NCBI GenBank assembly: GCA_038125145.1
Contig: JAYPDK010000001.1
Location: 4,368 to 68,367, forward strand
DNA length: 64,000 nucleotides
DNA from: Candidatus Poseidoniaceae archaeon
GTDB taxonomy: Archaea > Thermoplasmatota > Poseidoniia > Poseidoniales > Poseidoniaceae
Direction: 5' to 3'
A model generated the notes under the pieces. The model was not told the origin of the DNA. It saw only the letters and a program-made list of their open reading frames with translations, and ran no database searches. This document shows positions 16,287-24,548 of the stretch, one piece after another; positions within the stretch are counted from its first letter, which is position 1, and the number at the start of each line of letters is the position of its first letter. A program made the translations under genes and the position numbers.

Positions 16287-18186
16287 GCGGTCACGCATCG
16301 TTCAACTCGACGAGTTGACGATTGGGCACATCGCTGCCGGCGAGGTTGTTGAACGGCCGGCTCAGGTCGTGAAGGAACTGGTCGAGAACAGCATCGATGC
16401 CGGCGCCTCCAGCATTGAGGTACGCATCGAACGCGGTGGGTTCGACATGATTCGCGTGGAGGACGATGGTCACGGCATCCTCCCGGAGGACCTCAGCCTC
16501 GCCCTCGACCGCCACGCCACGTCCAAACTTGCACGAAAGGAGGACTTGGCCGCCATCCATACGATGGGCTTCCGCGGCGAGGCCCTGGCATCCATTGGGG
16601 TGGTGAGCCACCTCACCCTCACCAGCCGCTGTGAAGGCATGGAGGGGGCTGAGGTCCGCATGCAGGAAGGCAAGCGAAGCCACGTCGAGGCCCGAGGTCG
16701 TGGACGAGGTACCACCGTGACCGTCGAGCGCCTCTTCGCGAACGTCCCCGCCAGGCTCGCGTTTCAGCGCCGGCCCCAGACCGAACACGCGCGTATCGTT
16801 GACGTGGTGGTGGACCACGCGATGGCACACCACGCTGTTGGATTCCGACTCGAGTTGGACGGTCGAGTCGCCCTTGATGTTCCTCCCGTTGACATGGTGG
16901 AAGACCGGTTGCACGACCTCTTGGGGCAGCGCGCTGGTGAATTGCTTCCGCTCCGCCCCCCTCCCGACGACGAAGCGGCACCAGGAGAGGAGCGATGGAC
17001 TGGATGGATCAGCGCACCAGACATCACGCGTGGTAAGGCCGATGACGTTCACGTGCTTGTGAACGGTCGCCCGGTGGCGGCAGGACCCTTCCTCCAAGCC
17101 GTTCGACGGGGCTACCGAACCCGGCTTATGGTCGGCCGGCATCCTGTCGCGGTGCTTCACCTCAACCTGCCCGCAGAGGAAGTGGACGTCAACGTCCATC
17201 CAACCAAGCGTGAGGTCCGCTTGCGTCACGCATGGCGCGTGCTCGAACGCCTCGAGCGTTCCGTGGCCCACACGCTTCAATCCGTGGCCACCAAACCGGA
17301 AAGCGCTGGAGCCATCCCGGAGTTGTCCGGGCTTGACTCGGTTCGTCAAGAGGTCCTCTCGGTCGATGTCGAACCGTCTGCTCCTCCTCCAGCCTGGGCG
17401 CAAGCCGCGGGCGTGGGTCGGATCGTCGAACCCCCAATCACATCGCCCCGAGAGAACATACCGTCCACGCCTCCACAGGCCACCCTCCCTGGATTGGACG
17501 CTGACCCTGTTGCACCGGCCCTTTCGGAAGCCGAAAGGGACCTCCATCGGCACGCAGGCGATGGAGCGTGTGGACCAACAGAGGAAGCGGCCTTGGAAGG
17601 TCAACTGAACGACCTTCCACCAATGGAGCCCCTCGGTCAATTCGCTGGAACGTACATGCTCGTGGAAGCAGGAGAAGAATTGCTTCTCATCGACCAGCAC
17701 GCGCTTCATGAACGGATTCGATACGAACGGCTGCGCCATGACGATGCGTTGTGGGAGGGCCAGCGGCGCCTCATCCCCATACCGCTCGACCTTGATGCAC
17801 GCACCGTCGAACGTGTCCATGCGGGGGCCGAACGGCTGCGAGGCATCGGATTTGAATTGGACCTCATCGATGACACGTGGAGCATCACGGCAGCACCGCG
17901 CTTGCTTGGTGACGACGCCGGCGCTTTCCTTCTTGACCTCCTTCAGGACGTCGACGAAGACGGGGCACCGCTCGAAACCGTCGAGCGCCGGCGTGATCAT
18001 CTCGCGTTCATGACCGCATGCAGGGGAGCGGTGAAGGCGAATCAACCGCTGACGCGTGCGGAAATGCGACGTTTGTTGGAGGACATGCGGCGCATTCCGA
18101 ACCCATGGGCCTGCGTTCATGGGCGACCAACGGCGCTCCGCCTCGACCGGCACGCCCTCGACCTGCATTTTGGTCGTGAGGGCTGA
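16279..18186 (+). CDS. mutL: DNA mismatch repair protein MutL
   Basis: GHKL ATPase motifs (ELVENSIDAGAS, DDGHGI, GFRGEALASI) and a C-terminal dimerization/endonuclease region. Overlaps the mutS stop by 8 nt. Confidence 0.85.
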   Translation: MVERSRIVQLDELTIGHIAAGEVVERPAQVVKELVENSIDAGASSIEVRIERGGFDMIRVEDDGHGILPEDLSLALDRHATSKLARKEDLAAIHTMGFRGEALASIGVVSHLTLTSRCEGMEGAEVRMQEGKRSHVEARGRGRGTTVTVERLFANVPARLAFQRRPQTEHARIVDVVVDHAMAHHAVGFRLELDGRVALDVPPVDMVEDRLHDLLGQRAGELLPLRPPPDDEAAPGEERWTGWISAPDITRGKADDVHVLVNGRPVAAGPFLQAVRRGYRTRLMVGRHPVAVLHLNLPAEEVDVNVHPTKREVRLRHAWRVLERLERSVAHTLQSVATKPESAGAIPELSGLDSVRQEVLSVDVEPSAPPPAWAQAAGVGRIVEPPITSPRENIPSTPPQATLPGLDADPVAPALSEAERDLHRHAGDGACGPTEEAALEGQLNDLPPMEPLGQFAGTYMLVEAGEELLLIDQHALHERIRYERLRHDDALWEGQRRLIPIPLDLDARTVERVHAGAERLRGIGFELDLIDDTWSITAAPRLLGDDAGAFLLDLLQDVDEDGAPLETVERRRDHLAFMTACRGAVKANQPLTRAEMRRLLEDMRRIPNPWACVHGRPTALRLDRHALDLHFGREG

Positions 18187-19440
18187 TCATTCCGTCGCTG
18201 CCGTGCAGCGAAGGCCCAACGCTGCGACGCGGTCAAGGTACGTTGGGTCGGCGACGTTGTGCAATCGAGGACCTTCAATGGTCGCGCCGGTCGCCGCGGC
18301 TAGCGCAACGGCCGTCATCATCACCCGGTGGTCGCCATGGGTCCTCACGACGGATTCGGGTCGACGCAGGCGTTGCCCGCCCTCGACGTGCATGCCATCG
18401 TCGGTGGCCGTCGCTTCGATGCCGAAGGTGGTCAGCAGGTCGACGGTGGAGGAAATTCGATCCGATTCCTTGTGGCGGGCATGAGGCGCTCCACGGATCA
18501 CGCCACCACCTCCGAGGGCCAACAACGCTGCAAGAGGACAAATGAGGTCGTTGGCGGCAGCGAGGTCCACGTCAACCTCCCGCGTTGTTTCATTGGGAGC
18601 AAGACCGTCCTTGTCCCATGCAACCCCAAGCGCAGGCGCAAGGTCGTGCAAGATGTCCGCCCCGAGGGCCTCCTTTGCATCCGGCCACCCAACCAAGGAC
18701 AGGCGAGCGCCGACCGTTCGCACGTAGAGCATGGCGAACGAAGCCATCGATGCATCACCTGGTAACGTCACCTCCTTTGGAGGCCTCGGTGTCCACGGCG
18801 ACAGCGAAAGCCTGTCCTTGCTGAGGCATCCTGGCCAGCCGCACATCGACGCCACGCGCTCGCTCAGCGCTGCGTGCTGGGAACTGCGCACCACCCCGTC
18901 GAGCCGCACCTCGTGTTCGCTGTGCAACAAGGGACTGCTCAAGAGAAGTGCCGAGTATGGCTGGCTGGAACGGTCCCGACGAAGCACCGCCTCCCGGTCC
19001 GTGCTGCCCGTCCAAGGTCCTCGGACCTCCATTGGGAGGCGCTCGTGGCCGTCGCCGCATCGCACCTTCACGCCTTGGTCACGGAGAACGCTGGCAAGGT
19101 CGTCGGCACCCCGACGCCGGAGGGACGCGTCCCCGTCGAGCATCACGGGCACGTCGAGGTGGGAGGCAAGCGCGACAAGCATGCGGAGGGCTGTGCCAGA
19201 GTTGCCGGCATGAAGCAGGGACGGTGGGCGCACGAAGGGCGCAGCAGGGCGTATCATCCATGCCCCGTCACTGTCCACAACCTCAACGCCGAGTTGGGAA
19301 AGGCAACGTCGCATTGAGCGGGCGTCTTCACCAAGGCCGTCCGCACCGTTCAAACGTAGCTCATGCTCGCTGAGTGCCCCCATCATGAGCCAACGAATGG
19401 CGTGGCTTTTCGAAGGTGGTAGGGCCCAGGTGCCGTCCAT
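18187..19440 (-). CDS. aroA: 3-phosphoshikimate 1-carboxyvinyltransferase (EPSP synthase)
   Basis: LPPSKSHAIRWLMMGAL and LLHAGNSGTALR motifs. The start is at the internal Met MDGTWALPP of ORF 18187-19734. Confidence 0.85.
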   Translation of the reverse strand: MDGTWALPPSKSHAIRWLMMGALSEHELRLNGADGLGEDARSMRRCLSQLGVEVVDSDGAWMIRPAAPFVRPPSLLHAGNSGTALRMLVALASHLDVPVMLDGDASLRRRGADDLASVLRDQGVKVRCGDGHERLPMEVRGPWTGSTDREAVLRRDRSSQPYSALLLSSPLLHSEHEVRLDGVVRSSQHAALSERVASMCGWPGCLSKDRLSLSPWTPRPPKEVTLPGDASMASFAMLYVRTVGARLSLVGWPDAKEALGADILHDLAPALGVAWDKDGLAPNETTREVDVDLAAANDLICPLAALLALGGGGVIRGAPHARHKESDRISSTVDLLTTFGIEATATDDGMHVEGGQRLRRPESVVRTHGDHRVMMTAVALAAATGATIEGPRLHNVADPTYLDRVAALGLRCTAATE

Positions 19441-19617
19441 GGCCCCGTTCAAGGGAGCAACGTGGAGGACCTCCACGAGGTTTTGAGGCCCGCCGTCTGG
19501 ACGCGCTTTCCACCGCCGTGCCCATCGATGCGCCACGCATGGAGCACTGGGGGGGGCGGGATGAAGGTTCGTTCTGCCTGAAGGCAGCCTCAAGATGGGG
19601 TGGCGTTTCGCTCCCAC

Positions 19618-20622
19618 ATGGCCGTCCACGACCTTCGTGGACGGGCGCTTGGGGACCTGCGCATCTCCGTGACGGACCGATGCAACCTCAGGTGCACCTA
19701 CTGCATGCCGCGTGAGTCCTTTGGACCAAACCACGACTTTCTCCCGAGGTCAGGGTTGCTCACATTTGAGGAGATCCGGGACGTTGTTGTTGCCGCAGCA
19801 CCGCTTGGCGTGCGCAAACTTCGCCTGACCGGAGGGGAGCCGTTGCTGCGTCGAGACCTCGAACGGCTCGTGGCCTTGCTTCGGACGGCCGTTCCAGAGG
19901 CCGACATCGCGCTGACCACGAACGGTGTGCTGCTCGCCGGGAAAGCGATGGCACTTGCCCGTGCCGGACTTGACCGGGTCACGGTTTCGCTCGATGCCAT
20001 GGACGCGTCGGTCTACGCCGCCATGGCGGATGTGGACCACGGACCGGAGGCGGCGATGGAGGGCATCGAGGCAGCGCTCGATGCGGGGTTGAGCGTGAAG
20101 GTCAACTGCGTCGTGCGGGCTGGCGTGAACGAGCGTGACATTGTCCCACTGGTCCGCACCTTCGGGCCCCGAGGCATCACCGTTCGCTTCATCGAATACA
20201 TGGACGTTGGAGCCACGAACGATTGGAGCATGGCGTCCGTGCTCCCCGGAACAGCGGTGCGTGCCATGATCGAGGAGGTCCACGGCCCACTGAACGCCAT
20301 CGCGCCCTCGTCCCCGAGCGACGTGGCACGCACGTGGAGGACCAAGGAAGGATGGACCTTCGGGTGCATCGATTCGGTGACCACCCCCTTCTGTGGGGAC
20401 TGCAGCAGGGCCCGCCTTTCCGCAGACGGTGCGCTGTACACCTGCCTGTTCTCAAACGACGGGCATCCGTTGTTGCCGCTCGTCAGGGAAGGCGCTTCGA
20501 CCGAAGATTTGCGTCAAGCCATCGTCAGCATATGGAGCGGACGAAACGACGCCTACTCTGAGCAACGGAGTGGGTCATCGGAACGCTCGGGTCGCGTTGA
20601 GATGTCGTTCATCGGTGGATGA
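19618..20622 (+). CDS. moaA: GTP 3',8-cyclase MoaA (radical SAM, molybdenum cofactor biosynthesis)
   Basis: DRCNLRCTYCMP radical-SAM motif and a C-terminal CGDCSRARLSADGALYTCLF auxiliary cluster motif. Confidence 0.8.
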   Translation: MAVHDLRGRALGDLRISVTDRCNLRCTYCMPRESFGPNHDFLPRSGLLTFEEIRDVVVAAAPLGVRKLRLTGGEPLLRRDLERLVALLRTAVPEADIALTTNGVLLAGKAMALARAGLDRVTVSLDAMDASVYAAMADVDHGPEAAMEGIEAALDAGLSVKVNCVVRAGVNERDIVPLVRTFGPRGITVRFIEYMDVGATNDWSMASVLPGTAVRAMIEEVHGPLNAIAPSSPSDVARTWRTKEGWTFGCIDSVTTPFCGDCSRARLSADGALYTCLFSNDGHPLLPLVREGASTEDLRQAIVSIWSGRNDAYSEQRSGSSERSGRVEMSFIGG

Positions 20623-21117
20623 TCATCCTTCGATGGCCGGAAGTTGGACATCGAACAGCACCACGCCACTGTCTTGAAGTTGCGAATAGACCATCTTGAG
20701 CCGCCACCCACCTGCATCGGCACCAAGCCGTTCTGAGGCGACAACGAGGTAATCGCCTTGGGTCACGGAGTACCCTGCATCACGGTCATGGAACGTGACG
20801 TTGGCCCCGACCACCCCGTAGACGTCGCTGTCAATCACCCTGCCTGTTTCGACGATCGTCCCGTTTGGATCTGAGAGCGTGTACGTCGTCAATGCTGGGT
20901 CCAACGCCTGATCCAAGCTCGAAAGGCGTACCACGTGGAATCCGTTCTCAAGCCCTCGGATGCTTGCGGTGGCCTGTGGAGGTGACTTCTCGGTGGTGGT
21001 CAACGCCCCTTGGAACATGAGGAACACCATGCTGCTGAGGAGCACGGTGATGGCGAGGAGGAGCACGGTCGCAATGACGGGGCTCACCGCCGCATCGTCG
21101 GCGCAGTCCCTCCGCAT
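20623..21117 (-). CDS. Archaeal type IV pilin-like protein with class III signal peptide
   Basis: N-terminus RRDCADDAAVSPVIATVLLLAITVLLSSMVF: charged region, then small residues and a hydrophobic helix, typical of PibD/FlaK-processed archaeal pilins. Confidence 0.55.
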   Translation of the reverse strand: MRRDCADDAAVSPVIATVLLLAITVLLSSMVFLMFQGALTTTEKSPPQATASIRGLENGFHVVRLSSLDQALDPALTTYTLSDPNGTIVETGRVIDSDVYGVVGANVTFHDRDAGYSVTQGDYLVVASERLGADAGGWRLKMVYSQLQDSGVVLFDVQLPAIEG

Positions 21118-21177
21118 GGCCGCAGGTCGGCCTCGCGGGACTTGAACCACTCGGCGTTCGGCGTGGGGAGGAACGCC

Positions 21178-22320
21178 TCAGAGGACCCACAGCGGCCGGC
21201 CACACTCCATCGCGCGGCGGATGCCACCGATGGGGCCGAGCATCCGAAGAATGCCTTCCGTCAGCATGTCGTTTCGCATGAACGCGTAGCCGAGTTGCTT
21301 CGACCGTAACGAATTCCGAAGTGCGGGTCCGAAGGTCCACTCCACACGCTTTTGGTAGGCCTCCAGAGGTGCCCCCGCTCGAACGTGGTCAAGGATCGCG
21401 TCGGCGGCAAAGCATCCCGAAACCACGGCCTGGCTGATGCCACCCCCGTTTGACGGCATGACCAGACCCGCCGCGTCGCCGACGGCGAGCGCGTTTCCAT
21501 CGACCATTCGTCGAACAGGGCCCCCCATGGGGATCCACCCGCCTCCAACCTCCATGATCTCGAATCCAAGGGTGGAACAGAAGCGTTCGAGGTGGTCCTT
21601 CAAGCGGCCATCGAGGTAGCCTGCACGGACACCAAGGCCCACGTTGGCCGTATCCGGACCCTTGGGGATGATCCATGCGTATCCGGATGGAGCGACGCTT
21701 CCAAGGAAGACGTCGAAGGTGGGTGGCACATCACCACGCACCTGCGCGTACACCGTTGGCACCTGATCCGAGGGCCGGCGAGCAGCGTCCGTCCCGTGCC
21801 TCAACCGAGCCACGTGAGCGAGCGCACCAGAGGCGTCAACGAGATGATCGCAGGTGAGGCGCCCTCCATCGCTCGTCACCAGTACTTCACGACCTGCGCG
21901 ACGCTGCTGGTGCAGCCGCTGAAGGGCGACGCCGACACGGAGTTCTGCCCCCGCCTCGACGGCCCGCTCTGCCAGGTGGCCGTCGAATTGGGCGCGGTGC
22001 CCCGCGTACGCATCGAGGGAGAAATCGTAGGATCGACCCGAGGGCAGGAACACCCGCATGGCGTCCAGCCGATGCAAACGGATGCGATCGGGCACATCGA
22101 AGGTGTCGATGAGCCACGCATGGTCCTCAAGCCCACGGAACGTGTGGACGATTTCACCCCAATTCGGGATGCATTCACCGCACTGTGCCGGGTGCCCGAC
22201 GACGGCCCGACGTTCAAGCACAAGCACGTCCATTCCCGCCTCGGCAAGCCGTCGTGCGCAGCTCGATCCTCCTGGCCCAGCCCCGACAACAACGACGCTT
22301 CGATGCTCGATGTCGGGCAT
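21178..22320 (-). CDS. Geranylgeranyl reductase family FAD-dependent oxidoreductase (digeranylgeranylglycerophospholipid reductase)
   Basis: Rossmann VVVVGAGPGGSSCARRLAEAGMDVLVLER; GGR-family internal motifs; sits next to the GGPP synthase. Confidence 0.8.
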   Translation of the reverse strand: MPDIEHRSVVVVGAGPGGSSCARRLAEAGMDVLVLERRAVVGHPAQCGECIPNWGEIVHTFRGLEDHAWLIDTFDVPDRIRLHRLDAMRVFLPSGRSYDFSLDAYAGHRAQFDGHLAERAVEAGAELRVGVALQRLHQQRRAGREVLVTSDGGRLTCDHLVDASGALAHVARLRHGTDAARRPSDQVPTVYAQVRGDVPPTFDVFLGSVAPSGYAWIIPKGPDTANVGLGVRAGYLDGRLKDHLERFCSTLGFEIMEVGGGWIPMGGPVRRMVDGNALAVGDAAGLVMPSNGGGISQAVVSGCFAADAILDHVRAGAPLEAYQKRVEWTFGPALRNSLRSKQLGYAFMRNDMLTEGILRMLGPIGGIRRAMECGRPLWVL

Positions 22321-22324
22321 CGCG

Positions 22325-23311
22325 TCACCTCGTTCGTTCCCCGACCTCTCGGAGCATGTCGAGCATCAGGGGCACGGCTGGTCCAGCTCCGACGCGTTGC
22401 AAGGCAGCACCGGCGCGCTCAAGATGCAAGTCCACCAAGACCTCTGCATACTCCAAGGAGGACGAGCGGTGGAGAAGGTCCATCAGTTCAGGCCAATCGG
22501 CTTCCTTGAACGAAGAAAGGAGGGCGGCGAGCCGGTCTCGTTCGGCACCATGCGAGAGGGTGAGCGCGTGGATGAGGGGGAGGGTCATTTTCCCTTCAAC
22601 AACGTCGGCTCCACGCGGCTTGCCCATATCGGGGGAACCCCGGAGGTCGAGCAAATCGTCCACCAGTTGGAAAGCAACACCGAGTTCCTCGCCGAAGGCC
22701 CTGAAGTGCTCGGCGTCCTCGGCGTTCCTTCCGGCGACCAACGCCGCTGCCTGACAGCCGGCGGCGAACGGGCCTGCGGTTTTGCCCCGGACGATGTCCA
22801 GGTAATCTTCTGGCGAGGTGGTCAGGTCATCGATGTGGTCGAGTTGAAGGAATTCTGAGACGGCGATGTCCGAGCAACTCCGAGCCATGATGGACACCAC
22901 GCGTTCATCGTACCGCCCGCCGAGACCGAAGCCTTGCACAAACAACCAGTCGCCCGTGATGATGGCTTTCGCGGACCCTGCGAGAAGGTGAACCGTCGTC
23001 CGACCGCGGCGCTGGTCGGCTTCGTCGTTCATATCGTCGTGCACCAGGGTCGCGGTGTGGATCAGTTCGAACGCAAGGGCCAGCGGGAGCACGTCCTCTG
23101 GGTCCTTCCCACCCGCAGCCTCGAACGCGAGCAGCACGAGCAACGGCCTGAGCCGTTTTCCACCGGACAGCAACACGTGCTCTGCGAGGTCAACCACCTC
23201 GCCGTCCCCCTGCTCGCGTGCTGCAGCAAGGTGCGATGCAAGGCACTCGTCAACCCTCTCACGCAAGGAGAGCAGCCGTTCCACCTGCTCGGTGGCCAGC
23301 GTGGACATCAC
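22325..23311 (-). CDS. idsA: Geranylgeranyl diphosphate synthase (trans-polyprenyl synthetase)
   Basis: GKRLRP; first DDxxD-type motif LVHDDMNDEADQRRG; second motif FQLVDDLLD. Confidence 0.85.
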   Translation of the reverse strand: MMSTLATEQVERLLSLRERVDECLASHLAAAREQGDGEVVDLAEHVLLSGGKRLRPLLVLLAFEAAGGKDPEDVLPLALAFELIHTATLVHDDMNDEADQRRGRTTVHLLAGSAKAIITGDWLFVQGFGLGGRYDERVVSIMARSCSDIAVSEFLQLDHIDDLTTSPEDYLDIVRGKTAGPFAAGCQAAALVAGRNAEDAEHFRAFGEELGVAFQLVDDLLDLRGSPDMGKPRGADVVEGKMTLPLIHALTLSHGAERDRLAALLSSFKEADWPELMDLLHRSSSLEYAEVLVDLHLERAGAALQRVGAGPAVPLMLDMLREVGERTR

Positions 23312-23375
23312 TTTCGTCCACGAGGGTGGCCTTCTTAACGGGTGTCGAGCGCCCCGAGGTCATCGAGGGTCGGTG

Positions 23376-24464
23376 ATGGAGGAAGAGGTCGCGCGCTATC
23401 TTGTCGCGCTTCCTCCTGACGACGATGACATGGCTTCGACGCACGCGAATGGCGTGTTGAGCGGACTCAGCGAACCGACCTTTGTCACCAAACCTTTGCC
23501 AAGCATGCACGACGCGGTTCGGCTCTTGCTTGACGGCGACGTCGACCTCATTGCAGTTTCAGCCACGCAGTGGTCCAGCATGGACAAGACCGGTTTGACG
23601 GTGGCGTCCGCCCTCGGCCGACGGGAACCCACATGGATCCTCGTGGCCGATGACCGCCCAGACATGCTCGAGCATGGGGCTCGTGTCGGCTGTGATCACC
23701 CGTTGCTCCACCGCCAACTTCGCCGGTTTCGACCAGACCTCTCCCTCGTGAACCCGAACGACGAGGACCCCTCATGGTGCACGCTGCCCGCGGCCGAGCG
23801 CATGAGCCGTTGGGAGGAACAGCGGACCTCTGGTGACCTCCATGGATACGTGATTCCTCGATCCATGCACCGGTGCTTGGAGGGACGACCGCCCCGTCGG
23901 CACACGTTGGGACTCTACCGTGAGGACCCTACACGGCACCGCTTCGTGCCGCCTCCCTTGGGGGGTTTCACCCTGCTCGTCGCTCGGTCCGGCTTCCCGG
24001 CAGCACCTTTGCGCCCGATCAGCGATGTCGGAGCCTTGCTCGCCCACCGGTTGGAACGCGCCATCCTTGAAGCGATTCCCGAACACCTGCAATCGATAAC
24101 CGGGGTCCACGTTGAACGGCGACGCGTCGGAACCCTCCTGCAAGAAGCAGCGAAGGTTGAGGACGAACACGCCATCGAATCGTTGCTTGACCCTGAAGCC
24201 AGCCTGAAAACGAAGGGCCACCGCCTGGAGATCATCGTCGAAACCCTCGGCGTCGATGGACGAGGTGCAGCAGCCAGCGAACGTGTGTTTCCGGAAGCGG
24301 AAGCACATTCCGGCATGGTCCGTGCCCTGGAAGAATGGTCCGAACTTCTTGATGCGATGACCACCGACCACGAGGAGTTGGGCCGCGGGGTGCATTACAT
24401 GGGAGAATTCGAGGAGGCGTACGCTGCAGCCCACCCTTCGATGATGCGCTTGGAAGAGGAATGA
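23376..24464 (+). CDS. Divergent HemC (hydroxymethylbilane synthase)-like protein lacking canonical catalytic residues; hypothetical
   Basis: By-eye alignment to HemC: DVDLIAVSATQWSSM against DIAVHSMKDVP; REPTWILVADDRPD against REDPRDAFVS; HPLLHRQLRRFRPDLSLVNPN against [24 protein letters not shown]. The Lys/Asp of the HSMKD motif are not conserved. Confidence 0.4.
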   Translation: MEEEVARYLVALPPDDDDMASTHANGVLSGLSEPTFVTKPLPSMHDAVRLLLDGDVDLIAVSATQWSSMDKTGLTVASALGRREPTWILVADDRPDMLEHGARVGCDHPLLHRQLRRFRPDLSLVNPNDEDPSWCTLPAAERMSRWEEQRTSGDLHGYVIPRSMHRCLEGRPPRRHTLGLYREDPTRHRFVPPPLGGFTLLVARSGFPAAPLRPISDVGALLAHRLERAILEAIPEHLQSITGVHVERRRVGTLLQEAAKVEDEHAIESLLDPEASLKTKGHRLEIIVETLGVDGRGAAASERVFPEAEAHSGMVRALEEWSELLDAMTTDHEELGRGVHYMGEFEEAYAAAHPSMMRLEEE

Positions 24465-24548
24465 AGGTCGTCAGTCGGCCGTTGAACGGTCGTGTTTGGT
24501 GCGAATCCCCATATACCCACAGGCGTGGAATTGGAACGGGTTGAAGCA

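Noticed and set aside
16291-18168. 625-aa minus-strand ORF
   Set aside because: Antisense to mutL, whose GHKL motifs are unambiguous; composition-driven artefact.
23055-23375. 5' extension of ORF 23055-24464 (first about 107 codons)
   Set aside because: Overlaps the GGPP synthase gene on the opposite strand and is Ser/Arg-rich; the true start was taken at the ATG at 23376.
23772-24434. 220-aa minus-strand ORF
   Set aside because: Antisense to the HemC-like gene; no motifs.
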